Source: Spironucleus salmonicida (Eukaryota). Taken from it: a stretch of 64,000 nucleotides of DNA. Below the pieces are notes generated by a model. It had not been told where the DNA came from. It saw only the letters and a program-made list of their open reading frames with translations, and ran no database searches. The stretch spans positions 1,054,001-1,118,000 of the forward strand of contig NC_090598.1 of assembly GCF_000497125.1 (NCBI RefSeq). Reading direction: 5' to 3'. This document shows, one piece after another, positions 14,089 through 26,381 of the stretch. Each line of letters opens with the position of its first letter. Within the stretch, counting starts at the first letter, position 1. Both the position numbers and the translations under genes were made by a program.

Positions 14089-14960
14089 ATGAAAAATGAA
14101 ATCCTGTTATTTAAATAGTTACATGACAACTTAATAAATAGCTTCTAATAATTTACCAAATGCTGTGAGTAGATATACTGAGGCTAATTTTCTAATATAA
14201 ACAAGGTAAATATATCAAATACTATTTGTAGGTAGTGTCGAACAATGATTTAATTGGTGATTCTATCAATATTAAGGGTAGGATAATTAATCTTACTGAT
14301 TATTTCTTTAATGTAGTTTGAAATAGTGAAAATATCATTAACTATCATAAAGATTAAGCTGGAAGCATCATAGATCTAACCATTAGCAATATTGTTCATA
14401 TACAGATATAAAAAGATGCTGTTAATATTAATTATTTGAATATATAATTTGTAAATTATAATCTATGGATTCTTGCTAATATTATTAAATTAAATATACA
14501 GCAATCATAAATATCTAATTTTAATTGCGATCACATACTCCTATCAAGTATTACGGATATATTTATTCATAAAGATATTACTGATAGTTCAGTTAACTTC
14601 TTCTTAATCTAATCAATAAATATAGTTGCCTATTAAATTTTTATATTTGTGGAAATCAATAATATTATTATGCTCATAATACCATTATTGATTCTGATTA
14701 ATATGGTGACTCAGATAGTGTTTATAATGATACTTTGATAGTTTAAAATTTTTAATAAACAATTCTAGCAGATACACTAGAAACTTTCTACATTGAAAAT
14801 GTTAAATGCTCACTAAGTATTAACTAGGCTATTGTTGAAATAAATGTAAAGCAAATGGAAGTATTAAATTTTTCATGAGGAAATTAAGTTTTTCTAAATT
14901 TGAGAGAAATATTTATTTAAGATGGAATTCTGCCTCTAGCAACGTAATCACCATCATAAG
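14089..14960 (+). pseudogene. decayed paralog of the LRR-like gene at 16005-17090
   Basis: NYHKDQAGSIIDLTISNIVHIQIQKDA aligns with TYHEDQLRSILNLTIRNSVYVQIQKDA; several in-frame TGA; boundaries approximate. Confidence 0.65.
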
Positions 14961-16004
14961 CTCAACTTTAGTGTATCAGTAATTATTACCCCTTGCGATT
15001 AGCCTGCCTTAGCGGCAAAACAGTCCAATTTCCCTTCTATTGCCAATCAGCGCTAGCAACAATTAGAACTCAGAACCGCTAGAGCACGGTTCCACACAAT
15101 ATTACAGCCTGTATCTAGGCTATTTTGCATGCAATCGTGCACGTTCTGCACCAGTGCCAATAGGGTGAACTCTGCGCCGGTAGGTGCGTTACATACGCAA
15201 TTTTTGGCCCTATTCATAGCGTTTGCTTTGCCGTTATTGGGTTGGCTGATGGCTTAGCTATTAAGGGTAGATTTTAGCAGTTTTATGCCAGTTCAATCTA
15301 CGTTTGAGTTGTTTATAGGCCAGTTCTGGGTTCCGGCCATTTTCCTCGTATCTTTATCAGTATCAGCATGGCTGCCAGTATTCGCTTAAGATGGGCTGGG
15401 AGTCTTGTTGGGCCGATTTTGATTAATTCTTACCGCTCAAAATTACTTTTATACCAGCTCCAAACTATCTGTAAAGTCTATTGAAGCAGTGCTAGGCTGA
15501 TTTCCAAGAATGTTTAAACTAGGTTTAGGTGCAGAATAAAGGAACTTTGGTCCGTTCTAGAAAGGTTCTATGACAGTTGAAATCATTTCTGGAGTAGAAA
15601 TAAACCAGATTTAATCTATATAATGTTCCAATCTCCATAAAGTAAATTTTGCCCACAAAAAAAGTGATATACTTTTAAAAAATCACAAAATTTTATTGAT
15701 TTTCGTTTTTAAACGTGCAAAAACGCTAGTTTCTCCACAACTAGAGGTAATGCAGCACGTCGCGGGGACAATTTCATTCAGAACTAAAATGTTCTCAGGC
15801 GAGAAAATTGTCTATTAAGGGCTGCAATCGCCGTTTGGAAGTTTAAGTTAACTGTCCAAGAATGTAGTTATTGAGTTTAGTTTTGGAAAACTAATATAGC
15901 GTGGCAGAGGGCTTAACATACTAGTTAGGTACTTTATTTCTAGGATTCGAAATTTGGAAATGTAAAACTGATAGTCATTATATAATATTAGTATTAGTAT
16001 TTAA

Positions 16005-17090
16005 ATGAACAAACAAAATAGTTTGAGTATTTAGGCAAACAAGAATGAGGAATGGCAGCCCGATGGTGAAGCATAAGCTATGTTATGTTAATAGGAGAAT
16101 TACGCTTAGTTGGAGTTTGAGAGCAGCGAAAGTTGTAGTGAGAATTCTGATAAAATGGTTCTTAGTAATGGTAAAAATATAAATTCTACTAAGATCGATT
16201 CAAATATGGGTGAAATATCTACTTTTATGTAAGATATCGTTATAGATAATGAAAATGATCTTACCTATCATGAAGATTAACTTCGCAGCATCCTAAATCT
16301 AACTATTAGGAATAGTGTTTATGTGTAAATATAAAAAGATGCAGATAGGATTCAACATCTTACCATCATAAATGCAATCTGTGAAATCGAAATTCACCAA
16401 AGTATCATTTCACTGATTATACAAAATTCTTAAGTAACAGTATTACATTGCAGGCACGATTGTCTTCCGCATATGAAAGAAATTATCATTTATAACAGCA
16501 TTAAATAAGAAATATCACAAGTATTTTGTGAAATTATAAAAAAATGTGTTAATCTGGAAAAATTATCAATATAAAACAACTAAATTTTACATTTAGATCT
16601 ATCAGAACTTCACATCCCATAGTCTTTAAATATTTTAGTAATTTCTTAAATAACTGTTGAGTAACTATTCTTAGCTAAAAATTTGAATCTTAAATAACTA
16701 AAATTAAACAATGTAAGAACTTTTGACAACTAAATACTCATATTTTAATAATTGATAAAACTACGATCAATAACAAATCTATATATTAGTTCTGAAAATA
16801 TTTTTATTTACTAAATTGTTAACTCGATACTGTTATATCTTAAATCATTTATCATCAGAGAAGGCCTAGATTTTTATCTGAATATAAACATTAACTAACT
16901 ATACGCTTAACGTGGTAAAACTACTTATACTTTAAACTTTAGTAAAGGCTAATTCATCACATCTGCTACTTATCTTGACTTAATTACAGAAGTTACCTTA
17001 CCGAAATAGCTATTAGACTTTATTTTCCCAAAAAAATAGGCGTTTTTGCTCAATGAATTATTCGGCGAATTTTAAAAACTAGCCGATTGA
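16005..17090 (+). CDS. LRR-like hypothetical protein, 361 aa
   Basis: Open frame ATG 16005 to TGA 17088; LxxLxIxN repeats (NLEKLSIQNN, NLKQLKLNNV). Confidence 0.78.
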
Positions 17091-17344
17091 ATTAGCTCAC
17101 ATTACAAGTAAAAACAATCATATTAAGCCAATAACAGCATTATAACCTGCGAAAATCGATCCCTAAAATAACGTAATTTCACACCCAAAATCGACTAAAA
17201 ACTCACCATGTAAATTTTTACATTCCACAAATCATTCTAAGAGCTGAACTAGCAAACCCTTATCAGCCCAATCGCTCTTAGCATCTTTTTCACATATTAT
17301 TGCTAAAACGGTTTATTCGTAGAATCGTTCTGAATATGTTGTAT

Positions 17345-17371
17345 GTATATATATATATATATATATATATA
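17345..17371. repeat. (TA)n microsatellite
   Basis: Run of about 13 TA units. Confidence 0.9.
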
Positions 17372-17423
17372 CAAAATTTCACTTCAGCGCAGTCCAATTT
17401 TCGACCAATTAAGTGCCATTGTC

Positions 17424-17639
17424 ATGACCAGCGCGTTGCTCTTTCAGGCGTTCTTTTCCGGCGCCGACAGCGCTACCAAAGAGCGTTTCCTGCGCGAATT
17501 GTCGAGAAACTATCTCCTTTCCACGAAATTTTAGAAAATTTTATATCGGAATTGGCGCGCGAATGAGTTTAAATTGCTGCAAAATTCGCTATTTGGCGAT
17601 AATTTTTAGCTAAAACGCGCAAAAAGCCTTTCGTTCTGA
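17424..17639 (+). CDS. possible small hypothetical protein, 71 aa
   Basis: ATG downstream of the AT run with coding-like codons; the antisense frame is also open, so the strand is uncertain. Confidence 0.3.
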
Positions 17640-17754
17640 TCGATTTTCCAGTTTCAAATAAGCATTTTCTAGCTACAGAAATTCTGCGTAACTAGTACAT
17701 ATGCTAATCAAAATTCGTTATATCACCACTCCTTTACTCCCTAATTTAATCCAG

Positions 17755-19314
17755 TCACTTCATTAGCATAATCCCTACGCAATTTTTGAACAAATTTTTG
17801 AGCAAATCTCGGACGATCAAGTACATGTCATTATTATTTAATTCCTGAACGTATTTTTCCAAAAACGAAAATTCTACGAGAATTCGCTCATTCGAAATCG
17901 AGCAATCTGCGCCGGCGCAGCGTCGTTTTGAGCCCTCAAAGATCATCCCAAAAAGCTGATTTTTGCACTCGGAAAAGCGCGTTCTGGCGGCGCGCAAAAC
18001 GGCTTCCGAGCTGTCCTCGAACGTCATTTTGACGCGAATTTGGCGCATAATTTCAGCCTCCACCGGCTGGCACGTCGTTTTCACGACTTTCAGCCGCTTT
18101 TCAAATACAAATTGATTTTCCACTCCTTCTGTCAAAAATTTTTCTAATACGTTGATTTTCACGCCTGTGCACTCAGATTCCTCCTAGGACACGTCTGTGA
18201 CGAGATCCCAGATGTCAATTTCATCCTCAAAATACTCGACGAACTGCGTCAAATACGACGAATAATGGCCGTAAATCGGCCTGTAGACGTCAGATTCGAC
18301 GTGGAAAACGCGCACTTTCGGCGCTGCGAATGCCTTGAATTGGTGCGGCAGATTCCTGGTCTCCAGCGCGCAAATCGACTCCTGCGCGACCTCCGCAAGC
18401 AGCCGAATCTGCTTCTAATCGGCCAGGCAGTACATCGCGCGGCCGAATCCGACCGCCGTTGGCACGCGCAGGCCGCCGGAGACGCATATTAGCTCCAAAT
18501 CGACCGCTACGGCGGCGTCGCACGCGCCCCAGTTTTTCTGGATTTTGAGCAACTCCAGACGCTATTTCCGCACCGCAGCGAGCGCTCCCAGCTGCTCCAG
18601 CAGCACCTCCACGACGTCGTCGCAGTCGCCCTGCAGGAACTGCTCGAAGGCGTATTCCGCTGGCGGCGCCTCGCGGTTTATGAAGATTTTCGGGCACTTT
18701 ACCATCAGCGGAATCTGGTTCACGGGGCCGACGCGGAGGCTCGTGCCGGCGACGATGAGCAGGTCCGGCGCCAGCTAGCTGATTTGCTGCGGGGTGATGT
18801 TCACGTTCTCGCCGAAAAAGACGATTCCGGGCTTCACGACGCCGCCGCAGACGCAGAAACTGACGGCGTCGTCGACGGCGGCCGCTTTTATGTTTATTGT
18901 CGGGAAACTTCGCCCGCAGGAAACGCATTTCGCTGGCGACATGAAGCTCCCGTGCACCGGATTTGCCACCGCGCCGGCCTGAATTTCCAGGTCGTCGATG
19001 TTTTGCGTCAGGATTTGCGTCTGCTTCGTCTTCTGCAGGTACGCGAAAAACGCGTGCGTGACGGTGTGCTGGAACTCGGTGGAAGGAAAAATCGACTTTG
19101 AGAGGTGGAAAAACGGGCGCGGCCTCTTCGGGAAGTAGGCGATGTCAAAAATCGAGGTCGGGGTCGGCAGTTTGTAGTGGGCAAGCTGATCGTAAATTCC
19201 GGTTTTCGGGGACCGAAAATCAGGAATTCCGGCTGAAACGGAGATTCCTGCTCCTGCTAGGATCAGTATGGAGCTTGCATCCCGAATCAGCTGAACGGAG
19301 TCTTCTATGGACAT
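17755..19314 (-). CDS. SIR2: NAD-dependent deacetylase (class I sirtuin) with long C-terminal extension, 519 aa
   Basis: GAGISVSAGIPDFRS, TQNIDDLE, HGS, CVSC..CVC, KPGIVFFGE, GTSLRV; the frame continues through TAG 18775 into ORF 17755-18162; ends AAG TGA. Confidence 0.92.
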
Positions 19315-19486
19315 TTGTGGAGTGAGAAAATTAATGTATATAATAGTATAATAATGAATTATTAAACTTCAATTCTCTAGAAAAATTCGCAACGAGAGCG
19401 CATCAGCTAACGATTCACGACCCTTTGAGAATTTGTAGGTCTACTTAGCCAAATTTTCACGGAAGTTCATCAAGTGAACAAGCCCC

Positions 19487-20845
19487 TCACATCGCATTCT
19501 GCGCCATCGTCCCCAGGCTCAGATAGCGCTGTAGTGCCTCGCGTAGCTCCCTATTCTCGCGCTCGAGCAGACTCTGTTCTTTCTGTAGCGCTAGTCGATC
19601 GATTGTTGCGTTGCTGAGCTTCTTGTGGACGTGGTTCAACTCCTTAACGGCATCGATGATCTCCACCTCCGCCTCAATCTGCTGATTCGGGTCGATTTCA
19701 CCCGGTTTCACAGCGCTGCGCAGCGTTTCTTGCCGCGAATGCATTTCGGCAGCCTCACGCTCAATCTCGCGCCGCTGCTCCACATCGAGGCGCTCGACCT
19801 CGTTAACGCGCTCTGCTTCGGTCTCCAGGCGCCCGCAGAGCTCTGAAAGCCGAATTATACGGTCAGCTTGCTCCTTCAGCGCCTGAATTTTGTCCTCCGC
19901 TTCATGAGCTGCGCTGACAAGCGTCTTCATGCGCTCCTGCTCACCGTTACGGTAGCGATTCAGCTTGCCCTTGAGCTCCGAGAACTCCTTGTAGCACTCC
20001 TCTTTTTCCTGTAAAAGCAGCAGGTTTTTTCCCTTAAACTCCTCGCTTGTGGACTGGATTTTTGCGCGCCAGTGGATCAGAAGCTTGCTCAGACGCTCGA
20101 TCCGGGCCTTCTGGCGCTCGATCGCGTGCGACGACTGCTGGTCCTTGAGGAGCAGAATCTTGAACTGGTGCTGCTTCGTCTCCGTCTGCAACTTATAATT
20201 TTCGTGCGACTCGAGAAGATGGCGCTCTAGCTCCGTGTTCTGCTCCTCGAGGTTGAGTTTGCAGATATTACACTGCTCCTGGTTGTAGTTCTTGGCCTCC
20301 AGGAGCCGCGCTGCGTAATTCGAGCGCAAGTTGCTTAGAAGCTGGCTCTGGACCTCCTCCGTAGCGAACTACATCTGGCCCAGTGCGGTCTTGCGGATGT
20401 CGTAGACGTTTTTAAGCGCCGATAGCTCCGTCTGGAACTGCTGGTCTAGGCGCGAAATGTCATTTTCTGCGTCATTTGTGAACGTCGTCATGCGATCGTT
20501 AAGCGTAAAATTTAGCTCATTGAGCGTCTGCTGGTGCGCGGAAATGGCCTTTTTACGCTGGTTTTCAGCTAGCTCCGTGTAGCGGTTCGTGAGCGACAGG
20601 AGAGCATCTTTGCGGTCGAAAGCGCGCTAGAAGTCGTTCGAGATCTCCTCGAGGAATTTGAGCATCTGCGGTCGCTTCTGCTGCTGGATTTACTGCTTGA
20701 AGAGCTGCTGGACGCGAGAACGGTTTAGCTGTGCCGCTGAGGCATCCGATGCAGCGAGAGTCTGCAGTGCGTTGCGGTGGGTCGCGAGCTGCGTTGCAAC
20801 GCGCTCTTGGGCCAGCTGGCGCTTCAAATCGGGCTGTGCGGACAT
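19487..20845 (-). CDS. dynein regulatory complex subunit 2 (DRC2/CCDC65)-like coiled-coil protein, 452 aa
   Basis: FQRAFDRKDALL...AISAHQQTLNEL, IIRLSELCGRLETEAERV and ENRELREALQRYL resemble DRC2; ATG 20845 in frame with ORF 19487-20329. Confidence 0.78.
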
Positions 20846-20982
20846 TGTTTGAATTATGGAGTGGATTTTTAATATACTAATATTATATATAAAACAAGAT
20901 TATATATTTTAACTACAAAATTAATAGTATTATTATATATAAATTTAATAATATTAAAAAAGTCCGCTCCTATTTACCAAAA

Positions 20983-21657
20983 ATGCTGGACTACAAAAAC
21001 ATGTCCCGCGCCCAGGTCCTCAGCGCAATCGCCGTGGAGGAGTTCTATGCGAATTTTTAGGACCTTCTAGTACTCTCTGCGACGCTCCTTTAGAGCCTCA
21101 CGCACCTCCGCGCGCTGCGCGACGTATCCAAATCGCTATCCGCCTCCTACCTGGATATGACAACCCAAGATATTCGTCAGAGCCTCATGGAGAAGCAGTC
21201 TCTGCGTAAAATTTGCTATAAATAGCTACCCGTCGATATGGCTACTTTTGTCTCGCGCCGCGCCGAATTTGAAAAGGTCGTGGAACAGAGCCTCGCAAAA
21301 TACGACCAGGAAGGGGAATGTCCAACTCCCTTCCCCGCAGACTTCATATGGACGCAGGTGTAGCCGGACTCCGTTTCTATTATCTAAGACATCGTCGCAG
21401 AGGCTCCTCCCGCGCTGCTCAAAAACTTAAAGATGCAGCTTTCTGAAAAAGGCGTGAAATGCGAGGTGATCGCCCCGTTTCTCGATGCCGCAACGCGCTC
21501 CGTTGCAGTTGCACCTACGGAAGAATTGCTAAAATCGCTCGCGGTTTGCAACGAAAAACTCGCTAAAAGTGTCAGCAGGAGCAAGGGGCTTAACGGAAGT
21601 ATGACAGGTAGCATCAGGGTCAGTGGGCTGGTTGGAAAGGGCTAGGGAAAAGTGTGA
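20983..21657 (+). CDS. hypothetical protein, 224 aa
   Basis: ATG 20983 to TGA 21655, divergent from DRC2 across an AT-rich spacer. Confidence 0.75.
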
Positions 21658-23817
21658 GGGTTGGTTTTTGTTCAGACAGAAAGTTACGTATAATGTTTCA
21701 GTGCTGGTGCGTTTCGAAGCTGAGTTTCGTTAGAGATTTTATAAGCCTTCATCGTTCTTCAAGTCATGAATTACGACAGCTAGCTTGGCAGAAGGTAGGA
21801 GGGAAGTTCCAATGGTGAGGAAAGAAGCGAATTAACAGAATTGTTTTAGAACTTAAAATATGTTTGAGTTTAGTTTTGGGTTATCGTATAGTAAAAATGG
21901 GATTAGAACTCTAAATTTAGCCATACTCAACTGGTATTGCTGATGTTAATTGAATTTTTGTAATGGATAGTATGTTAAGAGCGCTAAATCTCATTCAGTA
22001 AGCAGGATTTTAGGCAAATTGGTTTGCCTGATAAACATCATTAGCATGGGTTATAGATCTTAAAATAATGAATTTATTCAGATTCCAAATTATCTTCACG
22101 TTTAAATTAGAAAATGATACTAGTCGGCCTTGAATTGCAGCTGGTAATAATAAATAGTGACTTAATGTAATTATTTTCAATAATATTACGTTTTCAAGGA
22201 GTAAAGTATTATAATTTTTCAGATATTAACTTCTAGTTTAGTTAAAAGGATAAATATTAAATTACGGCAGGTAATCGTTTCTTGTTAAAAATTATTCTCA
22301 GGGTTAGAGTGATATATTATTCTTCAATAAAGATCAAGAGATTTGCTATTAATTATAACCAAAATATATTGTTATTTTCTCAGCATAGTTTATATAATTT
22401 TGGTCGATTATTAGTTAATTCATTTCTCGTTACAAGTTAGCCTAAACTTTATAATTATCAACATGAGAAAAAGGAATTGATATTGGTACAATTATTTTTT
22501 AGCAGTATTAATACAATAAAACTTTTTACTATAACATAAATGTTATAGATAAACTTCTTATTATATTAAGTATTATATAAATTTAATAAGAACTATACGT
22601 CATTATGTATATTTTAAATAATAAATTAGTAATAGTTTTCTATAATAATATGCTTATTATTATAATTTTTTTACTTATTATTTATAGGTGACAATGTATT
22701 TCGTTCATCGAATATCTAAATGATATTATACTTTATATACAAAATTTTACCTATTATAATGATATCTACTGATATAGTAAACTATACTATAGAGTTATAA
22801 TCATTTAGATGTCAAATTACCGTTTTTCTTGAATTTTCTTGATTTCACTTTAATCATCTCCTGTTATTACTGATTCATCTTACTCTTGCCATTTTTTAAA
22901 TTATGTATGACCTTAATATTAATATTAAATTGTTATAGTATATATTATAAACCTGATTATTTTATGCAAAAAGTTTAACTTACTTAAATACTATATTTTA
23001 TAGCATGCGTGGTGAATTATAAGATCAACTGTAAGCTAGTTCCTAATATTATAAGTATAAATTTTATAGTTTAAGGTTTATTACTTACTGCAGCTTTTTT
23101 AGCCGAATTTAAATTGTCCTACAAAAGATACACTTTGATTATTTAAAATTATATTTTTAAGAGTGAATTTTTCCTTAGTATAAAATAATATATTAGTATT
23201 AGTGTCATTTAATCTAATAGCTTTGTGTATTTAGTGCTCTGGAAAATAAAATCAAAGAATTTAGTCAAAATATGGGTTTATAAGCGCGAACACCTAAATT
23301 CATGTTTAACTAGTGGAAAAGTAACATATATTAGAATCAGGGAAACATCATAATAAAAAACCAGTTGTTTCAATCCTTGGAGTTGATTATGATATCATAA
23401 TTTTCAACACTGAATATTTATATTGGCAGTAGAATTAATGCTAAGGTTGAATGATTTCCTACTCAAGAATTTTATTTTTAACCAATAACACATAAAGTAA
23501 AGATTTGCTATCATCTAGTACTGAAAATTAGTAATTTTAGTTCATTAATTAATAGCTCGACATACTGTGTTAATGCATAATAGTTAAAGTTATTATATAC
23601 GATACGAAGAAAAAGCTACATAACAATTAAGACTTCAACTAACATTCAATGGTATTTCTTTTAAAAATTTACTTGCTTCATATTCAATCGTTTATATCGT
23701 GTTTTACATATCGGTTGATAGACTCTGTCATAATAATCCATTTATAAACAGTAAAACTAGATTTGATCATTTTATATAAACTTATTATATATAATATTTT
23801 CACTCCACATTTCTCTT

Positions 23818-24252
23818 TCAATAACAAATACACAAAACCTCTGCGAGCTGATTGAGCTATAGACTGGTGAATTTCGGCTGCTTATTGAGCTACCGGCCGA
23901 TATAAATACGTAGCTGCTATGTGTGAAATTTTGCTGAGGTGAGTCCGGCCAGTTTCTCAGCGACGGCACTGATCAAATCGCTCTTCGGTATTCCCTCAAC
24001 CACCTCAAAAATAAGCTCTCGGACGAGGTTCTCATATACACGAGGGTTGGAATAGAATTGTCGTGTCCAGGTGTTGTGGTAATAGTCGGCAACGACTCGC
24101 TAGGATAATCCGATTTCCATACCAACTCGTGACCAAAGTCCGTATTTCTTACTGTTCGAGAGTGTTGTAATTTTAGAAAACTATATTTACATTGGGTATG
24201 GGAAAATTCCATCTAGGGATGTCTAAAAGTCTTTTTTTTCGGCGAGGTTCAT
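23818..24252 (-). CDS. Myb-like putative DNA-binding protein, 144 aa
   Basis: GLWSRVGMEIGLSQRVVADYYHNTWTRQF; open frame ATG 24252 to TGA 23818. Confidence 0.72.
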
Positions 24253-24930
24253 TATGAATAAATTTTATTTTTAAAATGGTATGCTTATATGCATATAAAT
24301 GAAGTATTATGTTATGTACAATTGTATAATAAAGCGGACAGTTATAAGTGATTAATTTTATATAATAATTATATAAAATAAAAATTATACAATTGTATAA
24401 AAATAGTTTATATTACATGCTATTACTCAGTAAATAAAATTATTATCAATACAAAATTAAAATGTAAAAAACCTTGTATGATTATTATATAGTATAGTGA
24501 CTCTAACATAATTCACTATTTATTGAAAAAGAGAATGAGAAAATATCAAGTTTCTTTGAGTATTAATTATAATTTATGAAAATACACTGTTTATAATTGT
24601 ATGAAATTTACTCGAAATAAAAAAGTTAGTATAAATAAAGTTGTAATAGTAATTATTTATATTTGATTAGTTATCTTGAAACTTTTTATAAAATTTTTAA
24701 AGACTCATTCTATTAAAAATAAGAGTTATATATGATTTAATATTTAAATATCACATAACTATTTTCTAACCCAAAAAATACTGAAATATTGTATCAATTT
24801 GAAATAGACAATAGTTGGATCAGTTTGATAGTAACTGTCTGATTATCTCAGAATAATAACCACAATTTGTAGTAAATTTATCACTAACTTATCTACGTAT
24901 TTGACTCGCACTAACAATTTTGAATACAAA

Positions 24931-26310
24931 TCATCGAGCTTTCCACTTAGTCCACTCCTCTCTCCATCCTCCACCGACTCTATTCCAGCTTACACCTCCT
25001 CCTTAACCTAAATATTCTTCATTTTCGACTAAAAATTCAGTAAATGCTCCAATTAGAAGTAAATCTTTATACTTGAACTTGCTAGGTAAAATATCTATGT
25101 TCTTAACTTACTAGCTTAGTTTGTTTCTATAATATGTGTTATTCCACTTAAAGCTTAAACAATAAATACCAATTGAATTTCGATTTTCTATTCCTTTTTT
25201 CTTAAAAACCCATCTGGGCGATTGGTACTCTAATATGAACTATAGTGCAATAAGCCACTAGTTACCGGAAAATCTGTCACAATTCCTTTCTACGCTAATT
25301 CTTTAACTCGCAACTACGCCTATTATATGATCAAAAACGTTTAAAACGTTCTTCAAGCAAATGAAACTCTCAGGCATTCGCGAAAGACGATTTCTGATTT
25401 CAAAATTACAATTATTAATTTTTACGTAAAAATTTTTTTAATCCTATTATTATACAATATTATTGAATATCCCAAAATTATATACTTTCAAGTTTATCCT
25501 TCTCCAGCTAAAAACGCTCTATCGCTGAGCTTCCGTCAAATCCAACGAATTGACTTTAAAATCAACATTCCGCTTCATTTCGCGAAGCAAGATTGCATTT
25601 TAATTTACAATTTTCGCTTCGTCAATTTCGTCAAAAAGCTGCTTCAAAAAGCTCTAATTTGATGGCAAAGTGATGTCAGAAAAATTCGTCGCGGCTAAAG
25701 AAAGCGTTGAATGGGCAATCACTACTTCAAATTTTTGCTCACAAATTTGTTAGTTTGATACTAAAGCTGTAAATTCCAATAACAGAAAATTGTATTATTA
25801 TATAATATTAGAACGAATTAGTAATTCTGTACTGTTAAAAGAGTATGGTGCGAATTTGTTGCCCTTTGCAGTCAGCGGAAGCTCTTGAAATTGCTTAAAA
25901 TCTGAAGATATTTGGATGTAAAAACTATTTGAAATTGGTTTGATTTTCAGTTCGTTATTTACATTTAAAATGGTACAAACAGCTACACGCAGCGCAGGAC
26001 GTTCGAGGATGTTGCCAGGTCGATGCGATTTTAATAAATTAAACGATTGTGTTAAGTCGGGAAGTTGGATTTTGAGGGAAAAACATTGTGAGAGTTATGG
26101 TTAAACACGTAAATTAGATTAAGCGTCAATATACTGAAGCGTTGCAGCACATCGTCTATATAAATCTGATGATTGATTAAATATGCTAAAAATAGAAGGT
26201 GATTACCTTGCCAAAAATGATATAGCTGTTGGTAAATTTAGACGTAAAAATTAAATATCGTGATCAGCGAATGCTGTGGCGAAAAACTTCCAAAATATTT
26301 TCTATGACAT
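24931..26310 (-). CDS. hypothetical protein, 459 aa
   Basis: Continuous TGA-free frame from ATG 26310; Trp/Gly-rich C-terminus. Confidence 0.7.
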
Positions 26311-26381
26311 TTCAGTTATATTTTGGAAAGATTAGTAATACTTAAGAACATATAATATAAGTATAATTTTATTAACTAAAA

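Noticed and set aside
14960-15700. Moderately GC-rich stretch with partial frames on both strands
   Set aside because: Internal TGA on the minus strand and only a short motif-free frame on the plus strand.
17341-17387. Possible intron GTATGT(AT)n...TTCAG
   Set aside because: No CTAAC branch point next to the AG, and removing it does not join an ATG-initiated frame; better explained as a microsatellite.
4380-19314. Macro domain plus sirtuin as a linked SirTM-like system
   Set aside because: They are 13 kb apart with unrelated genes between, and the sirtuin is an ordinary class I type.
21700-23800. Long open frames in AT-rich DNA (also 10500-11400, 13000-14000, 55800-56900)
   Set aside because: With a single stop codon, such frames arise by chance; no motifs or coding bias.
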